A stretch of DNA of 63,430 bases, counting the filler, from Octopus bimaculoides (Eukaryota): NCBI RefSeq assembly GCF_001194135.2. It is 5 parts of 5 records of this genome, joined end to end, with 100 filler letters (N's around TTAATTAATTAA, not from the genome) between each part and the next. Parts side by side here need not be neighbours in the genome. Positions count along the whole stretch, not along the records: positions 55,172 to 63,430 come from NC_068995.1; 4 more parts are not named here. One strand, written 5' to 3'. Position numbers and translations under genes: made by a program. Below, in pieces: positions 57,166 through 63,430 of the stretch. Positions within the stretch are counted from its first letter, which is position 1. Each line of letters opens with the position of its first letter. The notes below the pieces were generated by a model. The model was given only the letters and a program-made list of their open reading frames with translations, ran no database searches and had not been told where the DNA came from.

Positions 57166-57976
57166 NNNNNNNNNNNNNNNNNNNNNNNNNNNNNNNNNNN
57201 NNNNNNNNNNNNNNNNNNNNNNNNNNNNNNNNNNNNNNNNNNNNNNNNNNNNNNNNNNNNNNNNNNNNNNNNNNNNNNNNNNNNNNNNNNNNNNNNNNNN
57301 NNNNNNNNNNNNNNNNNNNNNNNNNNNNNNNNNNNNNNNNNNNNNNNNNNNNNNNNNNNNNNNNNNNNNNNNNNNNNNNNNNNNNNNNNNNNNNNNNNNN
57401 NNNNNNNNNNNNNNNNNNNNNNNNNNNNNNNNNNNNNNNNNNNNNNNNNNNNNNNNNNNNNNNNNNNNNNNNNNNNNNNNNNNNNNNNNNNNNNNNNNNN
57501 NNNNNNNNNNNNNNNNNNNNNNNNNNNNNNNNNNNNNNNNNNNNNNNNNNNNNNNNNNNNNNNNNNNNNNNNNNNNNNNNNNNNNNNNNNNNNNNNNNNN
57601 NNNNNNNNNNNNNNNNNNNNNNNNNNNNNNNNNNNNNNNNNNNNNNNNNNNNNNNNNNNNNNNNNNNNCTTTATTAAAATTAAATGAACGCATCCTAACA
57701 ATAATTATCATGTTCATTTTTTTTTTTTTTTTCAGATTCACACTGACTGTTTTGAAGTCCACAGTTTGAGTTTAGAAAGATTTAGCTACTATTTCTCACT
57801 GGTTGAGAGACCACATGGAAGCCCACTTGTTTTGCTCATTTTCTGTCAGAATCCTGCTTCACATCAGTTATTGTCGACCTCAAAAAATTTTAGAAACTTC
57901 GAGAACATCGAGAAAACGTGATATAATTTGTTTTGGAAACAGTGAAACTTGAAGCAGATAATAGCGTGTAAATATT

Positions 57977-58165
57977 GATCTCAAATTTTGGCACAGGGCT
58001 AGCGAGTTCAGGGGAGGGAGTTAGTCGGTCACATCGCCACCAGTACTTAACTGGTACTTATTGATACGCCATGTCGCGGAATTTGAACTCAGGACGTAAA
58101 GACGGACGAAATGCCACTAAGTGTATTGTCCGGCGTGCTAACGTTTTTGCCAGCTCGCTGCCTTA
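57977..58165 (-). mobile_element. Meta-like SINE type B with internal deletion
   Basis: Tail TTTTGGCACAGGGC... and head ...GCCAGCTCGCTGCCTT are present; the Meta core is largely missing. Confidence 0.8.
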
Positions 58166-59139
58166 TAGTGTAAATATTGGGTTAAAAATCTCTTCAGCTG
58201 TCCTGTTTACAGAAATTGTGGGATCGTGTTCCACAAACAGCCTTCGATTCTGTCTTTCCAAAGGGTTTTTAACCCAATATTTACTCGCTACTCATTATAG
58301 CTTTATCTGCTCTGAGTTCCACCGTTCCAAAAAAAGAATATACATATCTATGTTCTCTTCCGTTTTTGATCATTTAAATTCTTCCTTTGGGGAAAGGGCT
58401 GGTTTCTAACAAAGATACAAAGCTCCATCATTGAAATGTAGATAACGAAAACAATGTCACATCTTAAACCCGAAAAAATTCTTCAATAGTATTACTGTTC
58501 CACTTACAAATTGTATTTGTAATGTACGAGTTACGTCTACGGTGTGGATTTCCTATACAAGCCAGTGAAGTATTAGCACTGGTACTACAAATGCATTGTG
58601 GATATTGTCTTGTTGTAAGAAGAGAATTCCCAATGCCATATTTGTATACATACATACGTATACACATACATACATACATACATACATGCATACATGCATA
58701 CATACATACACGCACAGCACATAAATACATATGCATGCATCTAGACATAAAAACGCATCCATAAAACAAACATACAAATCTGCGCATGCACTAACACCAA
58801 ATACTGCACACACACACATATGCACAAATACCTAGATGATGTTGATAAAAGTTCCAATGAAGGAGCCTTGAATCTATGTTAGAGTCCGGCTCTTTCTCTA
58901 TAGACAAGAAATACAGAAATGAAACTGATTGATAACATACATACATACATACATACATGTACACATACATATTATATGTATGTATTTATTGATTCGGGCG
59001 AAAACCTCGTAACATGCATTCCAGAGCTCTGACGTCGTTATTTGGCTAGCACATGTTATCCTACACTAGGATATATTCCAAGGCTGTGGATACGCATACA
59101 GAATTCCTCTTTGCATAAGATTAATTCAAGGATGGATGC

Positions 59140-59474
59140 TATCAGTTTTTCATAGTAGATCGCGACATTTGTTTCTGCATTGTACACCAGCTTTAAGTTG
59201 CTGAGTTTATATTCATATATCTATAGAATATCGTTCTTTAAAATTATTATGCATTTGAATATTTTTCAGTAACAGCTGTGTGTGGACGCTTCATCTGGTA
59301 GAATATTCCACTCGATGAAGCGTCCACATACAGCTGTTACTGAAAAATATTCAAATATATTGTAATAATTATAAAGAACGATCTTCAATTTTGTTATATG
59401 AATATAAACTCAACAACTTCAAGCTAGTGTACGGTGCAGAAACAAATGCTGTATTCTACTATTGAAACCTGATA
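59140..59474. mobile_element. 335-bp fold-back MITE, TA-flanked, CAG termini
   Basis: Arms 59140-59295 and 59314-59474 are reverse complements (e.g. GAATATTTTTCAGTAACAGCTGTGTGTGGACGCTTCATC / GATGAAGCGTCCACATACAGCTGTTACTGAAAAATATTC) around an 18-nt loop. Confidence 0.9.
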
Positions 59475-59592
59475 TCCTCTATCTACGTGTTATATTATCC
59501 TTGTACATATGTTTGTATGTATATGTGTATGTATACTGTGTATTTATGTATGTATGTATGTATATCTGTGTATGTGTGTATACACACACACA

Positions 59593-59659
<67 letters not shown>

Positions 59660-60116
59660 TTCAAAATCCCATCCACTATCCCACAAGAATAAACAAACAA
59701 GTGGTTGTAATTGTGTATGGTTGGAGACGTTTGAAGGTCAGGGTATCTAGGTCAAAGGTCGAAATAAGAAAAGCGAAAAGACAAAAACAGAGGCAATGAA
59801 AAAAGGTGGGGGTAGAGTTATTAGCATAAAAGCTGGAACTTTAGTAGCAGGAGAAATGGAGAAAGGTATGGGGTTAGGAACAGCATTAATATTAAGCTTA
59901 TATTAAAATTGATTTTAATATGTTTATATAAATATTAGTATAATATTTATATAAACAAACTGTTTATATTGATATGATATTCATATTAATATTATGTGTG
60001 TATTAACATTTATACCAAGTTCAAAAGATCCTTATGGGAAACGTTCAAACAAAATCTGTATAGCAGCAAAATCACTCTATCTATCTATCTATCTACCTAC
60101 CTACCTACCTACTTAC

Positions 60117-60150
<34 letters not shown>

Positions 60151-60265
60151 GTCTACGTACTTATCTATCTATCTATCTAATTCTCTATCTGTCTGTCTAT
60201 CTACCTATCTTTGTATACACACACAACACAACACACACATACACAGGCGCGTGCATGCTCGCGCG

Positions 60266-60298
<33 letters not shown>

Positions 60299-60419
60299 GT
60301 TAAACGAAAATGTTGAGTGGCCAACAACACACTGGTGTGGATATAAACAATAAAGATAAATAAAGGTCTACCATACAAGATAAATAGGGCAGCATTTTCA
60401 TGGTTGGAAAGAAGTCGTC

Positions 60420-60570
60420 GCCAGGGTTCGACTGATTCTTATTTTATTGATCCCGAAAGGATGAAAGCCAAAGTCAACCCCGGCGGAATTTGAACTAAGA
60501 ACGTATAGACGGACGAAATGCCGCGAAGAATTTTGTCCGGCGTGCTAACGATTCTGCCTGTTTGTCGCTT
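60420..60570 (-). mobile_element. Meta-like SINE, partial
   Basis: GATCCCGAAAGGATGAAAGCCAAAGTCAACCCCGGCGGAATTTGAACT. Confidence 0.82.
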
Positions 60571-61279
60571 ACTTCTTAATAATAGTATTTCCGTATGATA
60601 CGAAGTTTGTTAAATGTTGCTCTCAAGAAAGCAGACTAAATGGAAGATATGCCAAGATTTTAAAAAGGGCGAAGCACGTTTGTTGGAAGCAACATTTAGC
60701 GAATAGTGTATTATAATGGAGATTAACCATTGTTAACATTAACCATCAAACAGAGCAGACTTAAGTTTGTGGGACATTGTTGACAAAGAAACGATGAAGT
60801 TGAACGTCAGCTGTTACCATGAGAGCCAGTCCATGGTAAAAGAAAAAGCAGATCTTGTCACAAATATGTGCAACAGTTACTTAGAGGACACAAACATTTA
60901 AACAAGGTTTTGTGAGGAATAGTAATCAATGGGAACCGAGTGCGGTGAACTTGGCGTTTCATTTCTAGGGAAAAAACCTAACAAATGTATGGTAGCAATA
61001 GCGGCCAACAAAAAAATAGGGAAGGGTGCCTGAATAAACATACCACTAATGAAAAGAATTTTTACTTATCCAGGGACAAAGGACTCTTAACGTATGTGTC
61101 TAGGTATCTCATCAAAGTTGGAAAATTGCTCTACTGATGACGTCTACTGAGGTAGAAATATCTGCTAACAGCAGCTCTGTTCTCTTCACATAATCAGACA
61201 GTTTTTCATTATCGAGAAAAGCATGTCAGTTTTGGAGAATAATTGATTGTTGAAATTATTTCCCTTCGTTCAGGCGTTT

Positions 61280-61405
61280 TAATATTTCATCGATCCGATT
61301 CCTCTAGATTGGTGCTTATTTATGGACCCCGAAGAAAACGAAAGACACATTTGACCCGGGGAGGATTTGAACTCAGATCAGTGAGAACCGGAACAAATAC
61401 TGCAA
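61280..61405 (-). mobile_element. Highly degenerate Meta-like SINE
   Basis: TGGTGCTTATTTATGGACCCCGAAG...GGATTTGAACTCAG. Confidence 0.55.
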
Positions 61406-61534
61406 GATTGCCTTCCATGTACAGATCACTAATGCTAATATGAAGACCTTAATTAATATTAATGTCTCCAAACGTTAAAGGGTCTTTAATGGTTAAGAAG
61501 AAATAGGGTTTTGGTCCAACTTCACTACACCTAT

Positions 61535-61613
61535 GTAAACACATATACACACCAACACACACACGCTCACACACGCATATACACACACAAACACACACAT
61601 ACACACCGCACGG

Positions 61614-61653
<40 letters not shown>

Positions 61654-62456
61654 CCGTGCACACACACGCTCGTGCACACACACACACAAACCCATACACG
61701 TGCAAATACAATCACACATGTAAACAAATGCGCAGACACATACACACCGATACACACACAAATACACACACAAACACACGCACAAGCACACACAAACACT
61801 TACACGCACACACACAGACACTCACACACACCTACACCTACAAACACACACACACACACACACACACATACACAGACGCACACATTCACCCTGAAAAACA
61901 CTCAGCCCCAAANNNNNNNNNNNNNNNNNNNNNNNNNNNNNNNNNNNNNNNNNNNNNNNNNNNNNNNNNNNNNNNNNNNNNNNNNNNNNNNNNNNNNNNN
62001 NNNNNNNNNNNNNNNNNNNNNNNNNNNNNNNNNNNNNNNNNNNNNNNNNNNNNNNNNNNNNNNNNNNNNNNNNNNNNNNNNNNNNNNNNNNNNNNNNNNN
62101 NNNNNNNNNNNNNNNNNNNNNNNNNNNNNNNNNNNNNNNNNNNNNNNNNNNNNNNNNNNNNNNNNNNNNNNNNNNNNNNNNNNNNNNNNNNNNNNNNNNN
62201 NNNNNNNNNNNNNNNNNNNNNNNNNNNNNNNNNNNNNNNNNNNNNNNNNNNNNNNNNNNNNNNNNNNNNNNNNNNNNNNNNNNNNNNNNNNNNNNNNNNN
62301 NNNNNNNNNNNNNNNNNNNNNNNNNNNNNNNNNNNNNNNNNNNNNNNNNNNNNNNNNNNNNNNNNNNNNNNNNNNNNNNNNNNNNNNNNNNNNNNNNNNN
62401 NNNNNNNNNNNNNNNNNNNNNNNNNNNNNNNNNNNNNNNNNNNNNNNNNNNNNNNT

Positions 62457-62489
<33 letters not shown>

Positions 62490-62804
62490 ATGTGTGTGTG
62501 TTTGTGTGTGTGTGTTTGTGTGTGTGTGTTTGTGTGTGTGTGTATGTGTGTGCGTGCGTGCGCGTGTGTGCATGTATGTATGTATGTATGTATGTATGTA
62601 TGCATGTACGTGTGTGTATGGGTGTGTGTGTGAGTGTGTCTGTACCTGTCTGTGTATGTGTACGTTTGTGTTTATGTATGGCTCTATGTGTGAGTATGTT
62701 TTTGTGTGAATGTGCATCTTTCTGTATGTATGTATGTGTACATGAATGTATGTGAACGACTATGAGTGAGCAAGTGTATGTGTGTGTATGTGTGTGTGTG
62801 TATG

Positions 62805-62845
<41 letters not shown>
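61535..62845. repeat. Long (CA)n-rich tract, gap, then (TG)n-rich tract
   Basis: Directly visible. All HT/CV ORFs here are artefacts. Confidence 0.95.
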
Positions 62846-63265
62846 TGCATAATAAGAGAATTCAGTAAAGAAACACATGTAGAATATTCCTGCTTTTATT
62901 GTTGAAGTTGTTGGTGCTGTATTGTTATTTTATTGTTATTGTCTCATCGCTGCTGGTGTTCTTTTGTGTTTTTGTTGTTGCTCTCATGGGTATTGCTGAT
63001 CTTGTTGTTGATGCTGTCTAGCCCTAGGTCACTTCCGGTCTATCAGAGCTGTAATCAGATGTAAATCCCACACAAAGATACCATATTGGAGTGATAGGTT
63101 CTAAACTATGCTGCTGTTCATTATTCAGTATTCATTATCATATTTAATTATCAACGAAATTAAAGCCTCAGCTAATCCGTTCGTAGGGTTTTTTTTTTAT
63201 TTTTTACAAAAATTTAGAGTTTAGGTTAATTTCCCAGTCCATAACATTTTTTAAGAATCTTTGCT

Positions 63266-63430
63266 AAGGCGCGGGCGTGGCTGTGTGGTAAGAAGTTTGC
63301 TACCAACCACCTGCTTCCGGTATCTGTCTCACTGCGTGGCACCTTGGGCAATTGTCTTCTTCGATAGTCTCGGGCACACCAAAGCCTTGTGAGTGGATAT
63401 GGTAGATAGAAACTGAAAGAAGTCAGTCGT
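63266..63430 (+). mobile_element. CORE-SINE 5' module (runs off the window end)
   Basis: GGCGCGGGCGTGGCTGTGTGGTAAGAAG...GCACCTTGGGCAATTGTCTTC...GAAACTGAAAGAAGTCAGTCGT. Confidence 0.9.

Noticed and set aside
58490-58580. Fourth RLE family C remnant (TLQIQFVSGTV on the minus strand)
   Set aside because: Only one short motif matches, so it is not listed as a feature.

Overview
Repeat-dominated, AT-rich eukaryotic (animal) genomic DNA from a gapped short-read assembly (about 8 kb, ~12%, is N). The SINE families and microsatellite load point to an octopus (coleoid cephalopod) genome; this is inferred from remembered repeat families, not from a search. I find no supportable host protein-coding gene, tRNA, rRNA or CRISPR array, so the window looks intronic or intergenic. 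Contents: (i) many SINE copies of three types: a bipartite CORE-domain tRNA-SINE, a Meta-domain-like tRNA-SINE with two alternative tails, and an RTE-tailed repeat carrying a ~66-bp minisatellite; (ii) decayed LINE fragments of the CR1, RTE, Tx1 and RLE-type (R4/Dong-like) groups plus Penelope-like pieces; (iii) four Tc1/mariner-superfamily lineages, including DD34D and DD37D transposases; (iv) several MITE or fold-back elements; (v) synthetic N44-TTAATTAATTAA-N44 gap spacers. The most interesting observations are a minimal hammerhead ribozyme motif with an intact catalytic core (44807-44851) plus decayed relatives, an RTE ORF2 ending in three C2H2 zinc fingers (51731-51970), a SINE tail resembling an adjacent Tx1 LINE 3' end, two ~330-bp near-perfect palindromes, and a 661-bp 8-bp-TSD element with internal telomere-like repeats.
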